From positions 31,739 through 95,738 of IMG/VR virus record IMGVR_UViG_3300032356_000182: 64,000 nt of DNA; one strand, written 5' to 3'. Each line of letters opens with the position of its first letter. The stretch's first letter is position 1. A model generated the notes under the pieces. The model saw only the letters and a list, made by a program, of their open reading frames with translations. It ran no database searches and was not told the origin of the DNA. The DNA comes from a virus. Both the position numbers and the translations under genes were made by a program. Shown piece after piece: positions 46,264 through 56,173 of this stretch.

Positions 46264-48485
46264 GAGAATTATCAAAAGCTTTGTTAGATGCCAATAAATC
46301 TTCTGACAGATTTTTCTTAAGCAAAGTTTTAGTCAGCGATCCGATTGTTCCTCCTCTTGGAGCTCCGAGTTTTTCTGAATTTTCAAATTTCGGAGGGGCG
46401 CTAACTGATGTTATACGTGGAATTTCTTTAGATAGCGGCAATGTCATCATTCTTCGCTCAAGCGGTTTTGTGAAAGTTATACAAGCAGATGATGTATCTG
46501 TTCCTACGAGTTGGTCTGCAAACACTTGGGTTGCATTGTCTAGCATTCCTTCTAGTGCAACAGTACGAGATATAGCATCTTTTGGATCAAAAGTTAGAGT
46601 TTGCGCACTAAAAACGACTAGTCCCTATCATGTCTATGTGATTGAATCAAACGATGGAGGTCAAAGTTGGGGCTCTTGGACAAATATCGGAACCTCAACA
46701 ATAGCTCCTAATCAAACTGAAGTTAGAATGACGTTTGACGCAGTATATGTTAAAAATACGAATTCAACCGGCTTAGTGATTGAATGTTTTTCGGAGAGGA
46801 CAGCCGGATCTTGGACGAAAACAACTAGACAAACGCTGCTATCTGTAGCGTATGACTCAAATGATATGGCTGGGTTCAGCGTAGCAAAATATAACGATGT
46901 AGATTACTTGCTCTTTACCGCGAAGCAAAGATTCTCTAACGTTATAAATCTATACTATATAAAGAGCTATAAAGGAATCTTGAGCTTGCCAAAATCTATA
47001 TTCGGATTTGAAAATCCCCAGGGATATTTCCCTATCTTTAGACCAGCTCTTCTGATTACTAAATCTTATTGCATTTTCTCTGGTCAATTTCGCTACATCG
47101 GGGGAGATTACTTAAAAGATGACTTTGAATCTTATTGGGGCAAATATATAAGTGTTTACGATTCATTTTCAAGCTTATCAGGTTGGATGGTTGAAACTGC
47201 TGTAACAATCACTACTACAGAAAAGGCTGAAGGAGGAAGCGAAGCAAAATTTGGAGGATATTATTTTGGCGAAATATATAGACCATATGAAGAAAATTTT
47301 ACACTTGAAGATACATTTAGAAGTTCAGATTTTCTTGTGCTTTATTACAGATATCCTGCTGCTGTGAAACCTACAGCTTATTGGTATCTTTCCTACCAAT
47401 CAACTCTATTTGATCTCTATTCAACAATTTTCAGCGGAAATACTTCCTCTACAAATCCACAATCAGCATTTATAAAGAAGATAAATTTTGGAAAAGTGGG
47501 AAATCCTAGTTGGGCTTCAGCCCAATTTCGAATAGCTCTCGTAGGAATAAACCTCGGAGATCAGGCTTATCTTGATTACGTACGATATGAGAAAGCGGAT
47601 CCTGATAATGTATCTTATCCAAATGCAACAGGATCTGCTTGGAATTTTCAGCCAGCTAACGGATTATGGACAATAACTAAGGATGATTCAGGTGATCCTG
47701 ATAACGCTATGCTTGCTTGTCTCGATAAGCAAGCAAGCGTAGAAAAAACGGCAATAAAAGATACGAAGATACTATCCCCTAACTTCAAGATCAAGATTCA
47801 AGTAAAAATCAGAAATTCCAATGGAAAGGCTGGACTTATTATTCATGCGGCTTCTAATACGCTAGCGGAAGGAGCAGAAAACTGCTATGCTAGCATAATT
47901 GATACTTCCGCTAATACTCTCACTTTCTATAAGTATGTCTCAGGAAATCCGACTAGCTTAGGAAGTGCATCATTCTCTTGTGATCCTGATATTTGGTATT
48001 GGCTTGGTGCGGATATTTCTGGAAATATGATTAAACTTTATGCGGCAGAATACGAGGATGATCTCTTTTCATCTGCTTTGCTAACGATAACAGATTCTAC
48101 TTATACTAGCGGATATGTTGGTGTGATGTCGATAGGAGCTAATACTAGATTTGACAATTTGGTTACTAATGCTTATATCAGCACTTTAACGGTAGAAGGT
48201 ATCGGTATGGGTAAAGATCCAATCAATGCTGTGCTAAATTCAACGCATTTGCCTTGTACGATAGGCGATAATCTGATCGCTTCAGGCAAATACCTATATA
48301 CTTTTGATAGAGGCGGAGATAAGATTTATCAAACTTATTCACCTGATTTATCTGAAGATAGTCGTTTAGCTCTGGGAATTCTAGATGATGTTTCATCTCA
48401 TGTTGTAAGTTTCGAAATCAAAAACCAAAGCGAAGCGATAGGACAAGCAAAATTAGAGGTGAGCAGGCTAGATGACGAAGCTTAG
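46260..48485 (+). CDS. Tail tip/baseplate protein with lectin-like (LamG/ConA) domain
   Basis: SNDGGQSW (Asp-box-like); AGLII..WYWL..SGYVGV..FDN pattern. Confidence 0.65.
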   Translation: MRELSKALLDANKSSDRFFLSKVLVSDPIVPPLGAPSFSEFSNFGGALTDVIRGISLDSGNVIILRSSGFVKVIQADDVSVPTSWSANTWVALSSIPSSATVRDIASFGSKVRVCALKTTSPYHVYVIESNDGGQSWGSWTNIGTSTIAPNQTEVRMTFDAVYVKNTNSTGLVIECFSERTAGSWTKTTRQTLLSVAYDSNDMAGFSVAKYNDVDYLLFTAKQRFSNVINLYYIKSYKGILSLPKSIFGFENPQGYFPIFRPALLITKSYCIFSGQFRYIGGDYLKDDFESYWGKYISVYDSFSSLSGWMVETAVTITTTEKAEGGSEAKFGGYYFGEIYRPYEENFTLEDTFRSSDFLVLYYRYPAAVKPTAYWYLSYQSTLFDLYSTIFSGNTSSTNPQSAFIKKINFGKVGNPSWASAQFRIALVGINLGDQAYLDYVRYEKADPDNVSYPNATGSAWNFQPANGLWTITKDDSGDPDNAMLACLDKQASVEKTAIKDTKILSPNFKIKIQVKIRNSNGKAGLIIHAASNTLAEGAENCYASIIDTSANTLTFYKYVSGNPTSLGSASFSCDPDIWYWLGADISGNMIKLYAAEYEDDLFSSALLTITDSTYTSGYVGVMSIGANTRFDNLVTNAYISTLTVEGIGMGKDPINAVLNSTHLPCTIGDNLIASGKYLYTFDRGGDKIYQTYSPDLSEDSRLALGILDDVSSHVVSFEIKNQSEAIGQAKLEVSRLDDEA

Positions 48486-51400
48486 AGACAAATTAGCTAG
48501 AGGCAAAGATATCAGCATTCAAATCGGGTTGAAGACTATTACTGGCGCTGACGAATATGTTCCTGCATTCTTTGGAAATATAGACGAAGTAGAAGACACT
48601 TTAACTCCAGAAGAAGACACCACCAGTATTAGAGTCCGAGATCAAACGAAACGATTGAAAATGCAATCGGAATTCAATTTTGTTTGGGAATCTCAAGCTC
48701 GGTTCTTCTGCGATTTTTCCGACGATTTGGACTATAATAAGTTTGTTCGCACTGTTACAGAAAAGAGCAGCTGGAAACAATCTGGCGAAACGATGTATTG
48801 TGAAACCGCTTCAGAAGATAACTTTGCCTTAGCCGGGTTCTATCCTGAGCAAAATGTTTGGATAATGGCTAAGATAAGATTTCATAGCGATATAACAAAC
48901 GCTAAGGGCGGACTTGTTTGGCGAGCAAATACAAACTGCTCTGCTTGTTATGGCTTAGTTTATGAGAAAGCCAGTAACGCTCTGAAGTTATATCGTCGTG
49001 AATCAAAATCTTGGGGAACCGCTTTAGCTACTTCGGGAACTCTAAGCTGGTCTGCGAATGTTTGGTATTGGCTTGCAGTTGCGCACATTGAGGATACAAT
49101 ATACTGTTACTATAGCACTAATGGTATAACCTATAACTTAGCTTTCTCTGCGGTTACAGATGCCGGTTTTTCATCAAGCTATAAGTATACTGCTGGCAAT
49201 GTTGGTTTGTATGGCCGTCCGCCTTCAGCTGGGAAATATATCTATTTTGATGAAATTTTGATTAGAAATTTTGATGTTGACAAAAGCATAAGCGAGGTTG
49301 CGAAAAGATTGGCTGGCCGCGCAGGCGTGACGAATTTTAGAGAAGAGCTTGCGTTTGAATCAGATTTTGATAAAGCTGTTGATTTATGGCCTCATACCGG
49401 CGGAACCGGGCAATGGAGAATATCTTCAGGTAGACTAGTAGGCAATGGAACATCTACTTGGGGAAGGATACGAAATACAACTAATTTTTCAAATGTTATT
49501 GTAGACTTTGAAATGACTTTGCCAGCTAATAGACGGGCTGGTATAATATTCTGTGCTGATACCTGGAAATCAGTCGATAAATCTAATTTTTATCTCCTAG
49601 AAGTTGATCAAGCTGGCTATGTTAGATTTCATCGCTGTAGATTCAATGTGATGACTACGCTAAAAGTTTTTCCTCTATCCTGGATGACAATTCCAGCTGG
49701 ACTAAAGATGCCATATAGATTATCTTTTCAAGATGGCTTTGTTTCTCTGTGGTGTAATGATTTACTTCTATGCTCATTCTGGTCATTCGATTATCTTTCT
49801 GGCAGTCTTGGGTTTGCTGTTTATCAGAGAGGAACTGAAGTTGAATTTAATTCCATCCGAGTTGTTAGACTAAATAGAGCAGTGACACAGTGGGCTTTGA
49901 ATGTTGGCGATGAAATAGAGAAGAATTTGAAAAATCTTTTGAGCAATCAAAACGGCCGCTATTATTTTGATGGAACCGGTGCGATGGTTCTCGGTAATCT
50001 CATTCCACCTGCAGGGAAAGTTGATGTATTTTCAGGTAAACCTTCGCCTAGATTTGATAGAAATATCGCTGTACAAGGCCAGAAGATGAGCGATTTAGAT
50101 TGGTATTCTGTTTTTCGAGTTGATGGCTCTAATTGTACAGCAACTATTCGTAATCAGACATTATTAGATAATTTTGGCTATAGATTCGGCTATGTCAAAA
50201 ATGACCAGCTAAGATCTGATGAAGAATGTGCGGCCGCAGCACAAGAATATATCAATTCTAGTGTAGCTAAACTTGTTCAAAAAGATTTTGAAAGCTTTCC
50301 AGATTTGCGATTAGAAAAATATGATAGAATTTTGGTTTGGGATCATCAAAATCTTAACTATGACGATTTTATAGTAGAAGGACTCTCTTATAACTATAAG
50401 AAGGATAGCGGATTATCTATGTCTATTGAAACGGCTTGGACTGAAAATTTTCCTGTTACATTTGGTTTGAAATCGGTAGACTCTGGTATTTCTTATGATT
50501 CTTGGGCAGCTGAAGCTTCAGCGATAGCAGGTTCTTCGGTTACTCAAGTGTTTTTCAATGGCCTTAGCACTTCTTTTGAAATTTTAGTTCGTGGCTCAAG
50601 TTCTAGTGATAAGATATCTGTTTGGTGGGGCGACGGGACATTTGATTATTATGAACTTAAAGATATGAGCGGACCAGATACTGTGGTCAATCATACCTAT
50701 CCGAATGAAGCGAATTGGCGAATTGTTGTCATGGGCGCTGATAAGCTCAGGAGAATTGTTAGCGTCTACACAGATGGGAGATCCGATTTTGGTGGAGATA
50801 TCAGCAACTTAACAAATCTAGTGTACTTGAATGTTGAAGGTAACAATTATCTTTCGGGCTCGATAACTAATCTGACAAACTTAACATATCTGAAGGTAGA
50901 AGGAAATAGTTCTTTGTCAGGCTCAGTAACCGGATTGACAAACTTAACAAATCTAGTTTTAAGAAGTCCTCTCATGTCAATCACAGGGTCTATAACAAAC
51001 TTAACCAATCTAGTCGAATTAGCATTAGGAAGCGGACGCTATGGTAATAGTGTATCAGGCTCAATAACTAATCTAACAAACCTGACAAAATTGATACTTT
51101 CAGGAAACAACACAATCTCGGGCTCGATAACTAATCTGACGAACCTAACAGAAGCTTCCTTAGATGGATACAATACGATTTCTGGATCTATTGAGAATCT
51201 AACTAACTTAACTACTCTTTATCTGGGAGGATATAATACTGTATCAGGCTCGATTAGCAATCTGACAAATCTACAATATCTCTATATAGCTGGTTCTAGT
51301 ACTGTATCAGGTTCATTAGCAAATCTGACAAAACTCGTTTGTCTTCAAAACCGTAGAGAAGCTGCTGCACTAACCGACTTCGGCGATGTGGCTTTAGCAG

Positions 51401-51648
51401 CTACTCAGTTAGAAATTTTTGACGTCTATAATATTCTAGATGAGAGCACAGTAAACGCGATTTTGGCAGGATTTTGGGCTAATAGAAACATCCCTAAAGT
51501 CCATGAAGGAGATTATTACCGACAGATCCTATTGCACAGAAATCCTAGCAGCTCACCTCCAACTGGACAAGGCTTGATTGATAAGGCAGCTTTACAATCG
51601 TATGCTTCTCCACCAGGGACAGCTACTTGGAGAGTTGAAACTAATTAG
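48472..51648 (+). CDS. Tail tip hub/receptor-binding protein with lectin-like domains, PKD-like segment and leucine-rich repeats
   Basis: FFGNID hub-like N-terminus; two ConA-like repeats; WWGDGT; 9 LRRs. Confidence 0.7.
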   Translation: MTKLRDKLARGKDISIQIGLKTITGADEYVPAFFGNIDEVEDTLTPEEDTTSIRVRDQTKRLKMQSEFNFVWESQARFFCDFSDDLDYNKFVRTVTEKSSWKQSGETMYCETASEDNFALAGFYPEQNVWIMAKIRFHSDITNAKGGLVWRANTNCSACYGLVYEKASNALKLYRRESKSWGTALATSGTLSWSANVWYWLAVAHIEDTIYCYYSTNGITYNLAFSAVTDAGFSSSYKYTAGNVGLYGRPPSAGKYIYFDEILIRNFDVDKSISEVAKRLAGRAGVTNFREELAFESDFDKAVDLWPHTGGTGQWRISSGRLVGNGTSTWGRIRNTTNFSNVIVDFEMTLPANRRAGIIFCADTWKSVDKSNFYLLEVDQAGYVRFHRCRFNVMTTLKVFPLSWMTIPAGLKMPYRLSFQDGFVSLWCNDLLLCSFWSFDYLSGSLGFAVYQRGTEVEFNSIRVVRLNRAVTQWALNVGDEIEKNLKNLLSNQNGRYYFDGTGAMVLGNLIPPAGKVDVFSGKPSPRFDRNIAVQGQKMSDLDWYSVFRVDGSNCTATIRNQTLLDNFGYRFGYVKNDQLRSDEECAAAAQEYINSSVAKLVQKDFESFPDLRLEKYDRILVWDHQNLNYDDFIVEGLSYNYKKDSGLSMSIETAWTENFPVTFGLKSVDSGISYDSWAAEASAIAGSSVTQVFFNGLSTSFEILVRGSSSSDKISVWWGDGTFDYYELKDMSGPDTVVNHTYPNEANWRIVVMGADKLRRIVSVYTDGRSDFGGDISNLTNLVYLNVEGNNYLSGSITNLTNLTYLKVEGNSSLSGSVTGLTNLTNLVLRSPLMSITGSITNLTNLVELALGSGRYGNSVSGSITNLTNLTKLILSGNNTISGSITNLTNLTEASLDGYNTISGSIENLTNLTTLYLGGYNTVSGSISNLTNLQYLYIAGSSTVSGSLANLTKLVCLQNRREAAALTDFGDVALAATQLEIFDVYNILDESTVNAILAGFWANRNIPKVHEGDYYRQILLHRNPSSSPPTGQGLIDKAALQSYASPPGTATWRVETN
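50800..51348 (+). repeat. Nine 21-24-aa leucine-rich repeats
   Basis: Consensus ITNLTNLxxLxLxGxNTISGS. Confidence 0.9.
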
Positions 51649-51658
51649 GAGATTTAGT

Positions 51659-52408
51659 TTGGCTAATCCTAGTGCTATTCAAACAATCAAGACTCTGATA
51701 GCAAAAGAAGTTCAGCAGGATCTTTTCATCGGGGAAATTATCGCTGTTAGTCCGGTATCTGGTACTGTTGATATAATAGTAAAGGGATCAGGAATACCCC
51801 TTCTCAGGATTCCTGTTTTGAATAGTTCTTTTGTGCCTGGTCTTTCTGTTGGTCAGAGTGCTATAGTAGCAAAGATTGAAAATAGATATATCTGCTTAGG
51901 TGCATTCGGAAGAGACGATTGGGCTGCTGAGTCTTGGGGCAGCCAAGCAGAGAATTTTGTCTGGACGAAAACGTCAGAGGGCGCTGGTTGGCAGGCAATA
52001 GCAGCAAGTAAGGGCATTCATGCAATTGGTTATGCTGTAAGTTCTAGTTCGTGGAGTACGACGAGTTCCTCGTTTGTGGCGGTAACTGGCCTGTCGGTGA
52101 CATTGAACCTGACGAAGACCTGTGATGTGATTGTGCTGCATGAGCTGGCGGCGGCCAATAGCACGGCGTATGGCCACAGCCGGATTTACCAGAATGGCTC
52201 TGGTGTGGGTAACTCGCATTGGTGTCAGACGAATTATCCTGGTCAAGAAATGGCCGGTACTCTTCTCGATTACCTGCCGGGTGTCTCGGCCGGGTCGTAT
52301 ACCTGGCAGGTGTACGCCAGGCAGGACGGCGGCGGCACGTTGTACTTGAACAGCTTCTCTAGTCGGACATCGGCGGGCCGCATACTGGTTGTGGCGTTGG
52401 AGGCGTGA
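51659..52408 (+). CDS. Tail spike/fibre protein with GC-rich C-terminal domain
   Basis: AGGAG RBS plus TTG; OB-fold-like N-terminus; STTSSSFVAVTGLSVT fibre-type domain. Confidence 0.65.
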   Translation: MANPSAIQTIKTLIAKEVQQDLFIGEIIAVSPVSGTVDIIVKGSGIPLLRIPVLNSSFVPGLSVGQSAIVAKIENRYICLGAFGRDDWAAESWGSQAENFVWTKTSEGAGWQAIAASKGIHAIGYAVSSSSWSTTSSSFVAVTGLSVTLNLTKTCDVIVLHELAAANSTAYGHSRIYQNGSGVGNSHWCQTNYPGQEMAGTLLDYLPGVSAGSYTWQVYARQDGGGTLYLNSFSSRTSAGRILVVALEA

Positions 52409-52767
52409 TAGGCGTGATGGAAGACGTGGAGATTGTAGTAAAGGGCTTCTGGTTTGCGGACGAAGCAGGCGCGCTGTGCGAGCAGTTGTTTGGCGTCCGT
52501 TGTGAGTGTTCGACGGCCGATGGCCTGGTGGTGGTGCATCCGCGGCCACGTGCGCTGTCTGAGGAGGAGTTGGCGCAGTTGCGGGTTGCGCTGAGCTTGG
52601 CGCGTCCATCAGCTGAAGAGCGAGCACGAGAGATAGAGATGCAATTGGCTGCACGTGAAGCGGCGCATAAATCCGTTATCGAACGGCTTCGCCAGAAGGC
52701 CAAAGAGCGGCGCATCACTGTCGCTGACTTGAATGACTTGGTGCTGGCGGTGCTGGGGGAGGGATAA
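52405..52767 (+). CDS. Hypothetical tail-associated protein
   Basis: Overlaps the upstream stop, same GC-rich block. Confidence 0.55.
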   Translation: MIGVMEDVEIVVKGFWFADEAGALCEQLFGVRCECSTADGLVVVHPRPRALSEEELAQLRVALSLARPSAEERAREIEMQLAAREAAHKSVIERLRQKAKERRITVADLNDLVLAVLGEG

Positions 52768-52769
52768 AA

Positions 52770-53120
52770 ATGGCGGGCAAGTATGACATCACAATCGAAC
52801 AAGGTGCGACGTTCACCCTGAGCATGACGGTCAAAAAGAATGGCAGTCCTGTTGACTTGACTGGTTACACGGCGCGGATGCAGGCTCGGCCCCACGCGGG
52901 CAGTTCAGCCGTGTACCTCGACCTGAGCAGCGTCAACAAAATCACACTTGGCGGCCCGGCGGGTACAATAGTAATTTCCCTGACTGCGGCTGAAACGGCG
53001 GCTCTGCCTACCGGTACGTTTGTCTACGATCTGGAGCTCATTTCTCCGCTTGGCGTAACGACACGCTTATTGGCGGGCAGGGTAGTGGTATCTGCGGAGG
53101 TTACCCGTGATAACAGTTGA
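52770..53120 (+). CDS. Tail-associated Ig/BppU-like protein
   Basis: DITIEQGATF, PVDLTGYTARMQ, VYDLEL motifs common in phage tail regions. Confidence 0.75.
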   Translation: MAGKYDITIEQGATFTLSMTVKKNGSPVDLTGYTARMQARPHAGSSAVYLDLSSVNKITLGGPAGTIVISLTAAETAALPTGTFVYDLELISPLGVTTRLLAGRVVVSAEVTRDNS

Positions 53121-53472
53121 GATAGTAGAGCAAGTTATTACGGTAGAGGTGGCTGAACCATCGTCCATTATCGTCGAGGTTCAAGCACAGAATACGTCCG
53201 TCGAGGCAGAACTTGGTGGGATGAGTACGGATGCGCATCAGCAGATGCACACCGTTCATGCGATTGACACTTCAGCCGGCGATGTGGAATTCACCTTGCC
53301 GGCGGCGCACGACCGTGTATCTTGTACGGTTATCAATCAGGGCTCGCACAACGTGATTGTGGTGCCGGCGGAGGGCGACGAGTTTGGCAATGGAGAATCT
53401 AACGTGGTATTGGACGCACCTGGTATGGCGGTTACGTTCGTGGTGTCAGGGAATTATTGGTGGATAGGATAG
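53107..53472 (+). CDS. Tail-fibre-like protein
   Basis: DTSAGDVEFTLPAA...VIN...WW domain. Confidence 0.6.
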   Translation: MITVEIVEQVITVEVAEPSSIIVEVQAQNTSVEAELGGMSTDAHQQMHTVHAIDTSAGDVEFTLPAAHDRVSCTVINQGSHNVIVVPAEGDEFGNGESNVVLDAPGMAVTFVVSGNYWWIG

Positions 53473-53481
53473 GAGGCAAAT

Positions 53482-54114
53482 ATGACTTACTTGTCAGCAA
53501 TTAAGCTAAGAAATTCTGCCGGAAATGTGGTCAACCCAGCTACGGCAGAAGGATTAGAGGTTTTGTTGGCTGCACTGACCGACCTGCTGGAAGAGATGCA
53601 GACTAAAACGGAGCCATCTGATACACAGAACATTGCTGCCGCATCCCTGCCGTTGCCACAGGGAGCGGCGACTGAGGCAGCTTTGCAATCCATATTGACT
53701 GAACTACAAGCAAAGACGGAGCCGGCCGATGTTCAGAACGTGGCGGTGGAAGCTTTGCCCTTGCCAGAGGGGGCGGCGACCGAGACGGCCTTACAGTCAA
53801 TCCTGACTGAGTTACAATCAAAGACGGAACCGACCGACGCACAGGCGATTTCGTTGGACGACCTTCTGCTCAAGGTGGCGCTGAACGCGATGGCGCGATT
53901 GAACGTTGATTCAACGGGTAGGCTCCGAGTTGGTGACATCACGCTGGCGGGCAGCCAGACGCTGGGAACAGTGAGCACGGTAACTACGGTAACTACGGTA
54001 ACTACGGTAACAGGCATCACAAACTGGGGTCTGGCAAGCGCGACATCGAAATCACAATGGGAAAGTGACCTGCATTACCAGCAGGCATTCAGACGAAATC
54101 TTGTAGTGTCATGA
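53482..54114 (+). CDS. Repeat-containing fibre protein
   Basis: About 35-aa repeats (KTEPxDxQ..LPLPxGAATExALQSILTELQ) and a (TVT)n tract from ACGGTAACT x4 at 53977-54011. Confidence 0.7.
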   Translation: MTYLSAIKLRNSAGNVVNPATAEGLEVLLAALTDLLEEMQTKTEPSDTQNIAAASLPLPQGAATEAALQSILTELQAKTEPADVQNVAVEALPLPEGAATETALQSILTELQSKTEPTDAQAISLDDLLLKVALNAMARLNVDSTGRLRVGDITLAGSQTLGTVSTVTTVTTVTTVTGITNWGLASATSKSQWESDLHYQQAFRRNLVVS

Positions 54115-54127
54115 TGCGAGGTGAGAA

Positions 54128-55072
54128 ATGGCAGTAACGAACAATAACATACCTATCATTGATTTACCCTTGTGGCAGGTGTTGCAGCCATCCCCGGCGG
54201 GGGCAACAGCAGCGGCTTCACCGGGCGTGATGTGTACAGACAAGCGCGGGACGCGCCGCTTTATCTACATGTTGCATAGCCAGACGTCGTTCTGGCGGTA
54301 CGACGTGAGAGCGAATACCTGGCAGCAGCTCGCCTCGCCGCCAGCCGGCACAACTGGTGCAGGGACGGCGTTGGTTTACGACCCGTCCAGAAATTGGGTT
54401 TGGGCGTTAATCTCAAACGGTTCTGCGGCTCCAACCTGGCAATATTATGACCCAACGACAAATACCTGGACGGCCCGCAGCGTGTCTGGGCTACCCGCCA
54501 CGTTTGGTACTGATGCGTCGTTGGAGCACACCTGCACTGATTACAGCGCATCGGGCAATGACGATTATATTTACCTCATCGGCAACAACGCGACGACATT
54601 TTACCAGTATTCGGTTACGAGCAATTCTTGGACGACGCTGACCGCTTGTTCATCGGGTAGTGGGGCTGGGTGTTGCCTGCTCTGGCAGCCAGGCTGGGAC
54701 GCGAACAGATTGGTTCGGGTGCGCGGCAGCAATACCAATACAATGGATTATTACTCCATCGGCACGCCAGGCTGGACAGGGCTTACTATAAATCCAGCGA
54801 CGGAGACATTCGGCACTGGCACTATGGCAATAGAGCGCGGGATCGACACGACGAAGATTTTCATCCAGAGGAATAACGACATGCGAATTTATCAGCTGGA
54901 CTTGTCGACAGGTTCGCTTGAGCCGTTCGCGACGCAATTTCTCGTCCCCACGGGCGCAGTATTGGTTGGGGACAGGATGATGTATATAAAAGAACCGACA
55001 ACAGGCATCGAGTTTCTGTACATCGGCCTGCATACATCGGCTAATTTGCTCAGGATGCCGCTATTCTTCTGA
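54128..55072 (+). CDS. Kelch-like beta-propeller protein
   Basis: Repeated FWRYD..NTWQQLA / YYDPTTNTW / YQYSVTSNSW blades. Confidence 0.8.
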   Translation: MAVTNNNIPIIDLPLWQVLQPSPAGATAAASPGVMCTDKRGTRRFIYMLHSQTSFWRYDVRANTWQQLASPPAGTTGAGTALVYDPSRNWVWALISNGSAAPTWQYYDPTTNTWTARSVSGLPATFGTDASLEHTCTDYSASGNDDYIYLIGNNATTFYQYSVTSNSWTTLTACSSGSGAGCCLLWQPGWDANRLVRVRGSNTNTMDYYSIGTPGWTGLTINPATETFGTGTMAIERGIDTTKIFIQRNNDMRIYQLDLSTGSLEPFATQFLVPTGAVLVGDRMMYIKEPTTGIEFLYIGLHTSANLLRMPLFF

Positions 55073-55247
55073 GCAATCAGGGAATAAGAGAAATGCCATT
55101 GTTCCGTTATCAACGATGACGAATAGATGAAACGATTTATGAAAGTGTTGATTGGCAGATTGGTGTTCGTATCTCTTTTGGATTCGTATGTAGAAGAATA
55201 TACTGAAATAGTGATAAGTGACTGTGTAGATAATTTTGGAGGTATGG

Positions 55248-55727
55248 ATGAACGGCGTAGAGCTTTTAATTTCGATGCAGCCCGTGTTCGCACTATATGC
55301 ACCTGAGTTGGGCGTTGATTGGACTATTTTAGCAGGTCAATGTATGACCGAGAGCTCTGGAATTCCTGATGTCATTGGTTTAGCTGGCGAGATTGGCTTA
55401 GCTCAGATAAAGCTATCGACAGCTAAAGATATGGATGAAAATATTACTGAGAAAGAAATGTTTATTCCTGAGAGGAATGTGGAAATTCAGACGAAATACT
55501 TGAAATGGCTGAAGAAATATTTGTATGATGAATGTGATATTGTTGATGATTTTAAGTGGGTATTAGCGGCTTATAATTGGGGCATCGGTAATGTTGCCAG
55601 ATTGTTAAAACAAAACAAAAGTTGGGGAGATGTTCCCAAAAATGTGCGAGATTATGTTTCGCGCATTTATCGCTACGCTGAGCTAATAGAAGATGAATAT
55701 CTTATGCGCTTTCAGAATCACACATGA
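55248..55727 (+). CDS. Lytic transglycosylase (SLT family)
   Basis: TESSG, GLAQI, LAAYNWGIGNV, RDYV. Confidence 0.9.
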   Translation: MNGVELLISMQPVFALYAPELGVDWTILAGQCMTESSGIPDVIGLAGEIGLAQIKLSTAKDMDENITEKEMFIPERNVEIQTKYLKWLKKYLYDECDIVDDFKWVLAAYNWGIGNVARLLKQNKSWGDVPKNVRDYVSRIYRYAELIEDEYLMRFQNHT

Positions 55728-55739
55728 CTTGTTTAAGAA

Positions 55740-55768
55740 TTGACTCAAGCAATAAAACATGATATAAT
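55740..55768 (+). promoter_or_regulatory. Promoter TTGACT-N17-TATAAT
   Basis: Near-perfect consensus upstream of AGGAGG-ATG 55787. Confidence 0.75.
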
Positions 55769-55786
55769 AGAGGCAAGGAGGGAAAT

Positions 55787-55942
55787 ATGCCAGTTACTAG
55801 ATGTCCTAATGGGAAATATCGGATTGGCTCTGGCCCTTGTGTCTACTCAACGCGGGAAGATGCTGAGAGGGCTTATGCGGCTTATCGGGCTAAAATACAT
55901 TCCCAACCAGAGAAGAAAAAAGAAAGCGATAAGAAAAAGTAG
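55787..55942 (+). CDS. Small basic protein (51 aa, not in ORF track)
   Basis: MPVTRCPNGKYRIGSGPCVYSTREDAERAYAAYRAKIHSQPEKKKESDKKK*, with its own promoter and RBS. Confidence 0.75.
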   Translation: MPVTRCPNGKYRIGSGPCVYSTREDAERAYAAYRAKIHSQPEKKKESDKKK

Positions 55943-55978
55943 AATATCTTTCCGCAGAACTGTTGAGAAAGGAATGCG

Positions 55979-56173
55979 ATGCCAAAATTCCGAAAGAAAC
56001 TTGTAGAAGTTGAAGCTATACAGCTAACTGCGCCTGTGAAGATCGTAACTTTGGAAGGCGCGATGTGGGGACGGCCAGGAGATTGGCTGATTACTGGCGT
56101 ACACGGTGAGAAGTACCTGTGCAAGGATGAAATTTTCCACGAGACGTACGAGTCTGTATACGATGAAACTTAG
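55979..56173 (+). CDS. Conserved small phage protein (PGDYG-like)
   Basis: FRKK.VEVEAIQ, TLEG, PGDWLITGVHGE.Y.CK.EIF..TYE. Confidence 0.8.
   Translation: MPKFRKKLVEVEAIQLTAPVKIVTLEGAMWGRPGDWLITGVHGEKYLCKDEIFHETYESVYDET

Noticed and set aside
50800-51348. Many N-L-T sequons as targets of the phage glycosyltransferases
   Set aside because: NLT is part of the LRR structural consensus, and no oligosaccharyltransferase is encoded; no independent support
51974-55033. Several minus-strand ORFs over the tail-fibre block
   Set aside because: Expected stop-poor antisense frames in GC-rich coding DNA; the plus-strand genes have RBSs and recognisable motifs
55740-56006. ORF-track 88-aa protein
   Set aside because: Its TTG start is the -35 box of a promoter; the overlapping frame 55787..55942 has the RBS and a more protein-like sequence
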